Source: Acidobacteriota bacterium (GTDB lineage: Bacteria > Actinomycetota > Acidimicrobiia > Acidimicrobiales > CADCSY01). Taken from it: 64,000 nt of DNA. Positions within the stretch are counted from its first letter, which is position 1. Every line of letters begins with the position of its first letter. Below the pieces are notes generated by a model that saw only the letters and a program-made list of their open reading frames with translations, made no database searches and was not told the DNA's origin. The translations under genes were made by a program, and so were the position numbers. The DNA lies in contig JAEKLB010000020.1 of the NCBI GenBank assembly GCA_019510095.1, forward strand, positions 12,499 to 76,498, given 5' to 3'. This document shows, piece after piece, positions 30,475 through 39,738 of the stretch.

Positions 30475-31422
30475 GTGAACCTGCCCGGCTTCCCTCCGGC
30501 ACCGGCCGAGACCATCCGGCGGTCGCACGTCGCCGAGCTGGCCACGGTCACCGCTGCCGGCGTGCCGTTGGACACGCCCTTGTTGTCATGGGTTGGCGAC
30601 GACGGCACCACGGACGACCTGTCGACCGGGCTCTCCTATCCGGCCAAGGCCGAGCGGGCCCGCCGCGAGCCGAAGGTCGGTCTGCTCTTCGAGGGCGACG
30701 GCGAGGGGCCGGTCGTCGCCATGGCCGCTTACGCCGCAGTTCGGGACGCGGACATCCAGGCCAACGCCGAGCGGTACGCGGCGCTGACCGGTCCGATGGT
30801 GGCCAGCCTGAGCGCGGGCCGGCCCTGGGCGGAGCTGCGCGAAGCGGTCTGGTACTGGGCCCGGATCTGGCTGCAGTGCACCCCCGCGCGCGTGACCTGG
30901 TGGCCCGAGGGCACCGACCGGCCGGGCACGGTGTGGTCGCCGCCCGGGGCGGTCGTGCCACCCACCTCCGACCCGGCACCGACTGGACCGCCCACCCGGG
31001 CGCCGGGCTGGCCGGCGAGCGACTGGCGGGCGGGAGCCGCCACCGCCGTTGCCGGCGGGCCGTCGCCGCACCTCACCGCCATGGACGAGGGCGGGTTCCC
31101 GATCCCGTTCCGTGTGCGGTCGGTCGAGGTCACCGACGGCGGGTTCGACCTCGACGTCCCGGCCGGCGCGCCGTGGGCGCTCGCCGGCCCCGCCTCGTTG
31201 TGCTTCAACGGCCGGGACACCTTCGTCGGCAGCCTCGAAGGCGCTCGACTGGTCGTCGACCGCCAGCTCCCCGACCTGCCGCTGGTGGCCGATACCACCC
31301 AGATCTTCAGCCCGTCACCCGACGTCAGAGACGCCTTGATGGGTCGGCTCACCGCCGAGCTCGCCCGCCGCGGCCAGCCAGTGCCGGTCATGCCCGAGCA
31401 CGCACCGCCCGGCTTCTCCTGA
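30475..31422 (+). CDS. Pyridoxamine 5'-phosphate oxidase-like (split-barrel) protein
   Basis: AELATVTAAGVP...KAERARREPKVGLL; second unit LTAMDEGGFP. Confidence 0.6.
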   Translation: MNLPGFPPAPAETIRRSHVAELATVTAAGVPLDTPLLSWVGDDGTTDDLSTGLSYPAKAERARREPKVGLLFEGDGEGPVVAMAAYAAVRDADIQANAERYAALTGPMVASLSAGRPWAELREAVWYWARIWLQCTPARVTWWPEGTDRPGTVWSPPGAVVPPTSDPAPTGPPTRAPGWPASDWRAGAATAVAGGPSPHLTAMDEGGFPIPFRVRSVEVTDGGFDLDVPAGAPWALAGPASLCFNGRDTFVGSLEGARLVVDRQLPDLPLVADTTQIFSPSPDVRDALMGRLTAELARRGQPVPVMPEHAPPGFS

Positions 31423-31434
31423 GAACGAGCCAAG

Positions 31435-31483
31435 CCGCGACGGATTCTCGGCAGATCTGTCGAGGATCCGTCGCGGGTTCGGG
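31435..31483. repeat. Palindromic REP-like element, family A
   Basis: Near-perfect palindrome centred on AGATCT; two mismatches against the copy at 56627. Confidence 0.85.
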
Positions 31484-31485
31484 AC

Positions 31486-32796
31486 TCAGCTGGCCTGGAG
31501 GCGGCCGACGATCTCGGTCACGAGGTCGTCGATGGGGACCCGGACCTGGGCGAGGCTGTCGCGGTCGCGGATGGTGACCGCCTTGTCCTCGAGCGAGTCG
31601 AAGTCGACGGTGACGCACCACGGCGTGCCGATCTCGTCCTGGCGCCGATAGCGGCGACCGATCGACTGGGTCTCGTCGTAGTCGGTCATCACGAAGGGCT
31701 GGAGCTTGCCGAGTACCTCACGGGCAAGCGGCGTGAGCGTGTCCTTCTTGGAGAGTGGCAGCACCGCCACCTTGTAGGGCGACAGCCGGGGGTGCAGCCG
31801 CAGCACCGTCCGTGATTCGCCCTCGACCTCGTCCTCTGAATACGCGGCGAGGAGAAAGGCCATCATCGTGCGGGTGGCGCCGGCAGCCGGCTCGATCACG
31901 TGGGGCACGTAGCGCTCGCCCGATGCCTGGTCGAAGTACTCGAGCTTCTCGCCCGAATGAGTGGCGTGCTGGGTGAGGTCGTAGTCGGTGCGGTTGGCGA
32001 TTCCCTCGAGCTCACCCCAGCCCCAGGGGTACAGGTACTCGACGTCGGACGTGCCGGCCGAGTAGTGGCTGAGCTCGTCGGCGTCGTGGGGGCGCAGCCG
32101 GAGGCTCTCGGTGGGGATGCCGAGGTCGATGTACCAGCGATAACGCTGCTCGCACCAGTACTCGAACCACTGCTTGCCCTCGTCGGGCGGCACGAAGTAC
32201 TCCATCTCCATCTGCACGAACTCGCGGGTGCGGAAGATGAAGTTGCCCGGCGTGATCTCGTTGCGGAACGACTTGCCGATCTGGGCGATGCCAAACGGCG
32301 GCTTCTTGCGCGACGTCTCCAGCACGTTCTTGAAGTTGACGAACATGCCCTGCGCCGTCTCCGGCCGCAGGTACACCGTGGCGGCCGATTCCTCGACCGG
32401 GCCGGCGAACGTCCGGAACATCAGGTTGAACTGGCGGGCCTCGGTGAAGGTGTCGCTCTTCCCGCAGTTGGGGCACGTCGTCGGGTCGTCGAGCTGGTCG
32501 AGCCGGTACCGCTCCTTGCAGTTGCGGCAGTCGACCAACGGATCGGTGAAGTTCTGGAGATGGCCCGATGCCTCCCAGATCGCCGGCGGGGACAAGATCG
32601 ACGCGTCGAGGCCGACGACGTCGTCACGAAGCTGCACCATCGACCGCCACCACGCTTCCTGCACGTTCCGCAGGAGGAGGACGCCGAGGGGGCCGTAGTC
32701 ATAGGCCGAGCGGAAGCCGCCATAGATCTCCGCCGACGGGAACACGAAGCCCCGCCGCTTGCAGAGATTGACGACGTTCTCGAACTGGTCGGCCAT
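31486..32796 (-). CDS. glyQS: Glycine--tRNA ligase (alpha2 type)
   Basis: LCKRRGF, YDYGPLG, YLRPETAQG, GKSFRNEITP..FIFRTREF.QME, SIGRRYRRQDEIGTP. Confidence 0.96.
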   Translation of the reverse strand: MADQFENVVNLCKRRGFVFPSAEIYGGFRSAYDYGPLGVLLLRNVQEAWWRSMVQLRDDVVGLDASILSPPAIWEASGHLQNFTDPLVDCRNCKERYRLDQLDDPTTCPNCGKSDTFTEARQFNLMFRTFAGPVEESAATVYLRPETAQGMFVNFKNVLETSRKKPPFGIAQIGKSFRNEITPGNFIFRTREFVQMEMEYFVPPDEGKQWFEYWCEQRYRWYIDLGIPTESLRLRPHDADELSHYSAGTSDVEYLYPWGWGELEGIANRTDYDLTQHATHSGEKLEYFDQASGERYVPHVIEPAAGATRTMMAFLLAAYSEDEVEGESRTVLRLHPRLSPYKVAVLPLSKKDTLTPLAREVLGKLQPFVMTDYDETQSIGRRYRRQDEIGTPWCVTVDFDSLEDKAVTIRDRDSLAQVRVPIDDLVTEIVGRLQAS

Positions 32797-32806
32797 ACGG
32801 CCGTGA

Positions 32807-32854
32807 TTCTGGCAGGGAAACCGGCGCGTCTTTGCCCCGCTTTCCCTGCCAGAA
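32807..32854. repeat. Intergenic inverted repeat
   Basis: TTCTGGCAGGGAAA...TTTCCCTGCCAGAA, 14-bp perfect arms. Confidence 0.7.
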
Positions 32855-32924
32855 CCGAAAGCCGGCAGGTCGGGCGGCCTAGGTTCGGGCCGCCTATCCA
32901 CCCCAGCGGCATCCAGGAGCGGAC

Positions 32925-33929
32925 ATGCCAGCGATACCGATCGACGAGAACGAGCTCGGAGGGCGGCTCGGTGCCGTCCTCGCCGAGGCGTCCCCGGGTT
33001 GCACGGTCGACACCATCACGCCGTTGCAGGGCGGGGCCTCGAGCATCACGTACTCGACCACCGTGACCAGCGCCGCCGGGGACCCCCAACGGGTCGTCGT
33101 CAAGGTCGCGCCGGCCGGACTCGAGCCGACGAGGAACCGGGACGTCCTGCGCCAGGCCCGGCTGCAGCGTGCGCTCGAGGACACGGATGTGCCCGTGCCG
33201 CGCGTGATCGCCGAGCACCCGGGCACGCCGCCAGAGGTACCGCCGTTCTATGTCATGTCCTTCGAGGAAGGCGACTGCGTCGAGCCGAACTTCCTGCCGG
33301 TCGGCGAGCAGCTCCCCCCGGACCACGTACGCGGACGGCAGCTGCACGCCGCCGGCATCCTCGGCACGCTCCATGCCCTGGCACCCGCGTCGCTGGGGCT
33401 CGACGACGAGCCCGAGATGACGCTCGACGCCGAGGTCGATCGGTGGACGAAGTCGCTCGACGCCTGCGACGACGACCTGCGTGCGGGCACCGAGGACGTC
33501 GGCCGGCGCCTGGCCGAGACCGTGCCCGCCATGGGGCCGACCACGCTGATGCATGGCGACTTCCGGCCCGGCAACGTGCTGGCGTCGGCCGACCGGGTGG
33601 TGTCAGTGATCGACTGGGAGCTCTGGGCACGCGGCGATCCCCGCGTCGACCTCGCGTGGTTCCTGATGATGGCGAACCCCGACGAGCAGATCGGTCGGGT
33701 CGCGTGCCCCGGCATGCCCAGCCAGGACGAGCTCCTCGCGGCCTATCACCAGGCGCGCGGAACTGAGGTCCGCGATCTCGAGTGGTTTGCCGCCCTGGTC
33801 CGCTACAAGCAGGCGTCCGCGGCGTCGTTCATCACCCGCAATGCCCGCCGGCGGGGCAAGGACGCACCACCGCCTGTGGGGAACCCCGGCCTCATGGCCT
33901 CGGCCCGGACCCTGCTCGGCCTCGGCTGA
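32925..33929 (+). CDS. Phosphotransferase (APH/ACAD10-like kinase) family protein
   Basis: FYVM, HGDFRPGN, IDWE, GDPRVDL. Confidence 0.9.
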   Translation: MPAIPIDENELGGRLGAVLAEASPGCTVDTITPLQGGASSITYSTTVTSAAGDPQRVVVKVAPAGLEPTRNRDVLRQARLQRALEDTDVPVPRVIAEHPGTPPEVPPFYVMSFEEGDCVEPNFLPVGEQLPPDHVRGRQLHAAGILGTLHALAPASLGLDDEPEMTLDAEVDRWTKSLDACDDDLRAGTEDVGRRLAETVPAMGPTTLMHGDFRPGNVLASADRVVSVIDWELWARGDPRVDLAWFLMMANPDEQIGRVACPGMPSQDELLAAYHQARGTEVRDLEWFAALVRYKQASAASFITRNARRRGKDAPPPVGNPGLMASARTLLGLG

Positions 33930-33935
33930 CGCCGG

Positions 33936-34694
33936 TCAGCGGCCCTGCCACACGGGGGACCGCTTCTCGGCGAAGGCAGCCGCCCCTTCCTTGGCGTCGG
34001 CGCTGGCGAAGACGGGCACGACCTTGGCCCGGATCGCCTTCCACTCGCTGGCGTCGTGCATGCCGGCCTCCTCGAAGATCAGCTGCTTGGTGACGGCCAG
34101 GGCAAGCGGCGCATTGGCCGCGATGCGATCAGCCAGAGCGGCAACGTGCGCCATGAGATCCGCGGCGGGCACCACCTGGTTGACCAGGCCCAGCTCATAG
34201 GCCCGCGCCGCGTCGATGGCGTCGCCGGTCAACCCCATCTCGAAGGCGATCGCCGGGGGAACCCGCGCCGCGAGACGCGTCGAGCAGCCTGCGCCCACCA
34301 GGCCTCGCTTGACCTCTGGCATGCCAAAGGTGGCGTGCTCGGCCGCGATCACCATGTCGGATGCCATCGCCAGCTCGAAGCCCCCACCGATGGCCGCCCC
34401 GTTGACCGCGGCGATCACCGGCTTCGGGTAGCAGCGGGTCTGGAACACCTCGAGACCCGGTCCCTCGGGCCGGGGCCGGCTGCCTTGCCCGAAGGCGCGG
34501 AGGTCCATGCCCGCGCAGAACGCCTTGTCGCCCGCGCCGGTGATGACCACCACCCGGACCCCGTCGTCGTGCTCGGCGTCGGTGAACGCGCGGCCGATGC
34601 CAGCAATGGCTTCGGCGTCGAAGGCGTTGCGGCGCTCCGGGCGGTTGATGGTGACGACCAACGTCGAACCGTGCTGCTCGGTGATGATGCTGAT
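33936..34694 (-). CDS. Enoyl-CoA hydratase (apparent ATC start; first canonical start is TTG at 34661)
   Basis: INRPERRNA, AFCAGMDL, GGGFE, PEVKRG, AFAEKR. Confidence 0.9.
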   Translation of the reverse strand: MSIITEQHGSTLVVTINRPERRNAFDAEAIAGIGRAFTDAEHDDGVRVVVITGAGDKAFCAGMDLRAFGQGSRPRPEGPGLEVFQTRCYPKPVIAAVNGAAIGGGFELAMASDMVIAAEHATFGMPEVKRGLVGAGCSTRLAARVPPAIAFEMGLTGDAIDAARAYELGLVNQVVPAADLMAHVAALADRIAANAPLALAVTKQLIFEEAGMHDASEWKAIRAKVVPVFASADAKEGAAAFAEKRSPVWQGR

Positions 34695-34704
34695 GACTGT
34701 CTCC

Positions 34705-35415
34705 TCAGGTCAAGAGCCCGACGGACTTCATGCGGCGCTCGAGGTGGTGCTCCATGGCGCGTGTCGCCAGGTGCTCGATCTCGTAGCCGGATTGCGACGC
34801 CGGCTCTGAAAGGACCGAGACGAGATCGCCGCCGAGGATCCGGCGCAACAGGGCGAGCGCCTCGGGCGAGATGCGGGTGCCCCGCGCGCACGAGCGGCAC
34901 AGCACGCCTCCCTCGATGAGGTCGAAGGCCACCAGGGCATCGGTGGTGCCGCAACCGGCGCAGGCATCGACCATCGGGCGGAAGCCGAGGTGGGCGAGCA
35001 GCTTCCAGAAGAAGGCGGGCACCACCAACGGCGTCGACTGGGCCTCGAGCGTGCGTAGGGCGCCGAGCAGCATCTGGTGCACGCGGTGGTCGTCCTCACC
35101 TTCCTGCACGACGGCATCGACTGCTTCGAGGAGCGCCGTGGCCCGCGAGAGCCGATCGAGGTCCTCGCGGATGGTGCGGAAGTGGTCGATGGTCTCGGCC
35201 TGGGTGATGGTGTCGAGGTTGCGCCCCTCGTAGAGCTGGAGCGACACATGGGTGAGTGGCTCGAGCCGGGCGCCGAACCGGCTCTTGGTCTTGCGCACGC
35301 CTTTGGCGACGGCCCGCACCTTGCCCCGCCGCTCGGTGACGAGGCTCACGATCTTGTCGGCCTCCCCCAGCTTGATGGTGCGCAGCACGATCGCGTTCTC
35401 GCGGTACAGGCCCAT
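34705..35415 (-). CDS. recO: DNA repair protein RecO
   Basis: IVLRTIKLGEADKIV..GKVRAVAKGVRKTKSRFGARLEP; C4 zinc finger. Confidence 0.95.
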   Translation of the reverse strand: MGLYRENAIVLRTIKLGEADKIVSLVTERRGKVRAVAKGVRKTKSRFGARLEPLTHVSLQLYEGRNLDTITQAETIDHFRTIREDLDRLSRATALLEAVDAVVQEGEDDHRVHQMLLGALRTLEAQSTPLVVPAFFWKLLAHLGFRPMVDACAGCGTTDALVAFDLIEGGVLCRSCARGTRISPEALALLRRILGGDLVSVLSEPASQSGYEIEHLATRAMEHHLERRMKSVGLLT

Positions 35416-36128
35416 CAGATCGCCCCGAAGCGGCGCTCGCGCTGCTGGTACTCGCGGACCGCCTCGACCAGGTGCTCGCCCCGGAAGTCGGGCCACAACA
35501 CCTCGGTGAAGAACAGCTCCGAGTAGGCCAGCTCCCACAACAGGAAGTTGGAGATGCGGTGCTCGCCCGACGTGCGGATGACGAGGTCGGGATCGGGCAT
35601 GTCCGGGTCGTAGAGGTGGCGGGCGATGGCCCGCTCGTCGATCCGGTTGGCCGGGACGCCGTCGGCCACCAGCTTCCGCACGGCGTCGACGATCTCCGCC
35701 CGGCCGCCGTAGTTGAAGGCGATGGTGAAGGTCAGGGTGCGGTTGTCGGCGGTGAGGGCCGAGGCGTCGTCCATGCGCCGGACCAGGCGGCGCGGCACCT
35801 TCCTGTCGCGCCGGCCGGCGAACCGGATGCGGACGCCGCGCTCGTGCAGCTCGGCCTGGCGCCGCAGGAGGCTCTGCTCGTTGAAGTTGAGCAGCCACCG
35901 AACCTCATCGGGGGGCCGCTTCCAGTTCTCGGTCGAGAAGGCGTAGACGGTGAGCCACTTGATGCCGAGGTCGATGGCGGCGTTGACGACCTCGTAGAGG
36001 GCCTCCTCGCCGGCCGCGTGACCAGCAGTGCGCGGCAGGCCCCGCTTCTCGGCCCAACGGCCGTTGCCGTCCATCACGCAGGCGATGTGGGCGGGGACGC
36101 GGCGAGGATCGATCGCCTCCAAGTCCAC
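35415..36128 (-). CDS. uppS: Polyprenyl diphosphate synthase
   Basis: HIACVMDGNGRWA, YAFSTENWKRP, NYGGR, RTSGEHRISNFLLW. Confidence 0.95.
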   Translation of the reverse strand: MDLEAIDPRRVPAHIACVMDGNGRWAEKRGLPRTAGHAAGEEALYEVVNAAIDLGIKWLTVYAFSTENWKRPPDEVRWLLNFNEQSLLRRQAELHERGVRIRFAGRRDRKVPRRLVRRMDDASALTADNRTLTFTIAFNYGGRAEIVDAVRKLVADGVPANRIDERAIARHLYDPDMPDPDLVIRTSGEHRISNFLLWELAYSELFFTEVLWPDFRGEHLVEAVREYQQRERRFGAI

Positions 36129-36161
36129 CCATCGAACGTACCTGCTCGGGGGTAGGGAACG

Positions 36162-37520
36162 GTGGTGCTCGCCTGGGTGAAGCGGCTCCCCGATCGCTGG
36201 CCGTGGCTGCGATTCGCCCTCGACCTCCAGGGCCGTTTCAACGAGCTGAACGGGGGCTACCTGGCCAGCGCCGTCACCATGACCGCCTTCCTGTCACTGT
36301 TCCCGCTGCTGCTCTGCGTCAGCGCCGTGCTGGGGTTCGTCGCCGGCAGCACGCCCGACCTCAGCCACAACGTGATCCGGGCCCTCGGGGTACCCAGGCA
36401 GGGCGAGGCGGCCACGGCGATCCGGCAGGCCATCACCACGGCCCGCGACAGCAAGGCGGCCGCCTCGGTCGTCGGCGTCGCCGGTCTCCTGTGGTCGGGT
36501 CTCGGCCTGGTCGCCGCCCTCCAGTACGCCTACAACTCGGCATGGCAGGTCACCGGCCGAGGCATGAAGGACAAGGTCTTCGGGCTGCTCTGGCTGGCTG
36601 GCGCCGGCGCCCTCTTCGCCGCCTCGTTCGCGGTCACCACCGTCCTCCAGTTCCTCCCTGGCTTCCTCGCACCCCTCAACCTGATCGCCGGCGTCGCCGT
36701 CAGCACCGGCCTGTTCCTGTGGGCGGCCAGGGCCCTGCCCAACGTCGATGTCGGCTGGCGGCCGCTCCTCCCCGGTTCGATCACGGCGGCCGGCGGGTTC
36801 GAGGTGTTGAAGGTGATCGGCGCCATCTACGTGCCGAGGGCAGTGGCGTCCTCATCAGCCGTCTACGGCTCGCTGGGCGTGGTGTTCGCCATCATCGCCT
36901 GGCTGTTCTTCTTCGGTCGCCTGCTCGTCTACTCCAGCATCGTCAACGTGGTGCTGTGGGAACGCGGCCACGGAACGGTCCACCTCGACATCGAGGTGCC
37001 AGCGGTGCCAGGGCGCGATGTGGAGCCCGAGGCCACGAGGGACGGCGAGGCGAGGCCAGATGGGCGGGCGGAGGATGGCCCGCCGGCGTCAGAGCCCGAG
37101 CCGGTCGAGCGAGTCGGGACGGCGCTGCCAGTCGCGGTCGACCTTGACCACGAGCTCGATGTACGCGCCGGGCGGGAGCTGCTCCCTGACCGCAGTGCCG
37201 ACGTCCTTGAGAACCGCCCCACGGCGGCCAATGACCATCCCCTTCTGCGACTCCCGCTCGACGAGGATCTCGCAGCGGATGCGCGGCCATTCCCACTCGA
37301 CGACCCGCGTGGCAATCGAGTGGGGAAGCTCCTCGCGCATGGCGATGAACAGCTGCTCGCGGACGAGCTCGGCCACCCAGAACGCCTCGGGCACATCCGT
37401 CACGGTGTCGGCCGGGTAGTACAGCGGGCCTTCGGGCATGCGCGCCGTCAGCTCGCCGACGAGGCCGGGAAGACCCGCCCCCGTCGTGGCCGACACCGGG
37501 AAGTAGGCGGACAGGCCTAG
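36162..37520 (+). CDS. YihY/BrkB family membrane protein (ORF runs antisense into era)
   Basis: AFLSLFPLLL, LLWSG, VYGSLG..IAWLFF; family-like part ends near 37000. Confidence 0.8.
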   Translation: MVLAWVKRLPDRWPWLRFALDLQGRFNELNGGYLASAVTMTAFLSLFPLLLCVSAVLGFVAGSTPDLSHNVIRALGVPRQGEAATAIRQAITTARDSKAAASVVGVAGLLWSGLGLVAALQYAYNSAWQVTGRGMKDKVFGLLWLAGAGALFAASFAVTTVLQFLPGFLAPLNLIAGVAVSTGLFLWAARALPNVDVGWRPLLPGSITAAGGFEVLKVIGAIYVPRAVASSSAVYGSLGVVFAIIAWLFFFGRLLVYSSIVNVVLWERGHGTVHLDIEVPAVPGRDVEPEATRDGEARPDGRAEDGPPASEPEPVERVGTALPVAVDLDHELDVRAGRELLPDRSADVLENRPTAANDHPLLRLPLDEDLAADARPFPLDDPRGNRVGKLLAHGDEQLLADELGHPERLGHIRHGVGRVVQRAFGHARRQLADEAGKTRPRRGRHREVGGQA

Positions 37521-37928
37521 CTCGCCGGCCTTCTCCAACTGGGCCAGCACGTTCTTGCGTGACGCGGCGTCGACCTTGTTGACGATGCAGATGCCGTTCG
37601 CCGGCACGCGGTCGGCCACGAACTGGTCACCACGCCCGAACGGCGCGGTCGCGTCGATCACCAGGCACACCACGTCGACACCGCCGGTGGCCTCGACCGC
37701 CCGCTCATTGAGGCGCTCGCCCATGGCGCTCCGTGGCTTGTGGATCCCCGGCGTGTCGACGAACACGATCTGGACGTCGTCCCGGTTGAGGACCCCGCGC
37801 ACCTGGGTGCGGGTGGTCTGCACCTTGTCGGAGACGATCGACACCTTGGTGCCGAGGATGGCGTTGAGAAGGGTGGACTTGCCGACGTTGGGCCTGCCGA
37901 CCAGCGATACGAATCCGGACCGGGTCAT
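37089..37928 (-). CDS. era: GTPase Era
   Basis: GRPNVGKSTL, QTTR, DTPG, NKVD, SQKGMVIG KH domain. Confidence 0.95.
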   Translation of the reverse strand: MTRSGFVSLVGRPNVGKSTLLNAILGTKVSIVSDKVQTTRTQVRGVLNRDDVQIVFVDTPGIHKPRSAMGERLNERAVEATGGVDVVCLVIDATAPFGRGDQFVADRVPANGICIVNKVDAASRKNVLAQLEKAGELGLSAYFPVSATTGAGLPGLVGELTARMPEGPLYYPADTVTDVPEAFWVAELVREQLFIAMREELPHSIATRVVEWEWPRIRCEILVERESQKGMVIGRRGAVLKDVGTAVREQLPPGAYIELVVKVDRDWQRRPDSLDRLGL

Positions 37929-39190
37929 GAGCGAGCACCCGCCATCCTCGTGATCCGGACGCGGCCGATGCGGCGGCCCTGCACCCGCTCGGCCCGCAGC
38001 AGGTGGGTACCGACCTCGACGGTCTCGCCCTCCGCCGGCACATGCCCAAGCAGGTTGAAGACCAGCCCGCCGACCGTGTCCCAATCGCCCTCGGGCAGGG
38101 CCAGGTGCAGGAGCTCGTTCACCTCGTCGAGGGCCATGCGGGCATTGACCCGCCAGTCGCCATTGGGCAGCGGCTCGAGCAGCGGGTCCTCGACGTCGAA
38201 CTCGTCGACGATCTCACCAATCAGCTCCTCGATCAGATCCTCGAGCGTGGCGAGCCCGGCGGTGCCGCCGTACTCGTCGACCACGATCACCATGTGCATC
38301 TGCTTGGCCTGCATCTCCCGCATGAGCTCCGACACCCGCTTCGTCTCCGGCACGAAGAGGGCCTGGCGCAGCAGGCCCCTGACCGGCGTCTCGGCCCCCG
38401 TCTCCCGGGCAGCTCGCATGAGATCCTTGGCGTAGACGATGCCGACGATGTCGTCGATGCCACCTGCGTCATAGGCCGGGATGCGGCTGTAGCCGTTGGC
38501 AATCGAGATCTCCATCGCCTCGCCGACCGTCACCGATGCCGGCACCGTCACCATGTCGGGGCGCGGCACCATCACCTCGCGGGCGACGGTGTCGCCGAAG
38601 TCGATGATCGACCGGATCAGCGTCCGCTCCTCCGACTCGATCTCACCGGCCTCGACGGCCACGTCGGCCAGCGCCAGCAGCTCCTCCTCCGACGCGGCCG
38701 GGCCCGCCGGGTGCCCCTTGCCGGGCAGCAGGATGTTGGAGGCGCCGATGAGCGCCCTGGTGAGCAACCGCACGGGCAGCGAGGCGGCGAGGAAGCGCAC
38801 GGCCGGGGCGACGAACAATGCGGTGCGCAACGGGTGCTGCAACGCATAGGTCTTCGGTGCGGCTTCGGCGACCACGAAGATCACGACGACCTCACCGACG
38901 ACGGCGACGACGATGCCGAGCGGACCGAGGTATGACTCGGCGAGCAGCGTCACCAGGCTGGCGGCCACCAGATGGCAGAGCAGGACGAGGAAGAGGATCG
39001 GGCTGAGGATGTCCTCCCGCCGCTCGAGCATCCGGGACAGGCTGGCTGCGCCGCGTCGACCCTCCTCCTCGAGGGCGAGGGCCTGCGCTCGCGGCAGGTG
39101 GGTGAGGCTGGTCTCGGCGGCGGCCAGGAAGGCGGCCGTGACCACGAGGGCCAGCACTGCGACGATCGCCGCCACCTCGGGGGTCGACAT
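37925..39190 (-). CDS. Hemolysin/CorC-family CBS domain transporter
   Basis: AAETSL, REVMVPRPD, YSRIP, VVDEYGGTAGL.TLEDLIEE. Confidence 0.92.
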   Translation of the reverse strand: MSTPEVAAIVAVLALVVTAAFLAAAETSLTHLPRAQALALEEEGRRGAASLSRMLERREDILSPILFLVLLCHLVAASLVTLLAESYLGPLGIVVAVVGEVVVIFVVAEAAPKTYALQHPLRTALFVAPAVRFLAASLPVRLLTRALIGASNILLPGKGHPAGPAASEEELLALADVAVEAGEIESEERTLIRSIIDFGDTVAREVMVPRPDMVTVPASVTVGEAMEISIANGYSRIPAYDAGGIDDIVGIVYAKDLMRAARETGAETPVRGLLRQALFVPETKRVSELMREMQAKQMHMVIVVDEYGGTAGLATLEDLIEELIGEIVDEFDVEDPLLEPLPNGDWRVNARMALDEVNELLHLALPEGDWDTVGGLVFNLLGHVPAEGETVEVGTHLLRAERVQGRRIGRVRITRMAGARS

Positions 39191-39738
39191 CAGCCCTGGT
39201 GGTGGAAGCGTTCGAGCAGCTCGCGCTCGCGGGCTTGCATGACCGCGGTCTCCTCGTCGGTCGCGTGATCCATCCCCAGGACGTGGAGCACGCCGTGCAC
39301 CACCAGCAGGGCCAGCTCGTCCTCGACCGTGCGCCCGTGCTCGGCCGCGTTGCGGCTGGCCACCGCCGGGCACACCAGCACGTCCCCGAGGAGCAACGGG
39401 ATCTCGGAGGCTTCGGTCGGCGGCCGGTCGGGGCCGGCCGAACCGGCATCGGGTGAGCGCCCGGTCTCGGTCAGCTCGTCATCGATGGGGAAGGCCAGCA
39501 CGTCGGTTGGGCCCTCGCCGCCGAGGAACTTCTCGTTGAGGTCGGCGATCGACGGCTCGTCGACGAAGTAGAGCGCCAGCTCGCACAGTCCCCGCACGCC
39601 CTCGTCGGCCAGCACCCCCTCGGCGAGCCGGACGAGATGGGCGACGTCGACCGCGACGGCCGACTGCTCGTCGGCGGCGAAGACTGCGGGCACCCCGTCA
39701 GGAGGACCGGGGCGGCGGCGGCGCGGGCCACTGATCAT
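39190..39738 (-). CDS. ybeY: rRNA maturation RNase YbeY
   Basis: PTDVLAFP, LLGDV, VHGVLHVLGMDH. Confidence 0.93.
   Translation of the reverse strand: MISGPRRRRPGPPDGVPAVFAADEQSAVAVDVAHLVRLAEGVLADEGVRGLCELALYFVDEPSIADLNEKFLGGEGPTDVLAFPIDDELTETGRSPDAGSAGPDRPPTEASEIPLLLGDVLVCPAVASRNAAEHGRTVEDELALLVVHGVLHVLGMDHATDEETAVMQARERELLERFHHQG

Noticed and set aside
32797..32924. T-box riboswitch upstream of glyQS
   Set aside because: The gap is short and no T-box consensus was found
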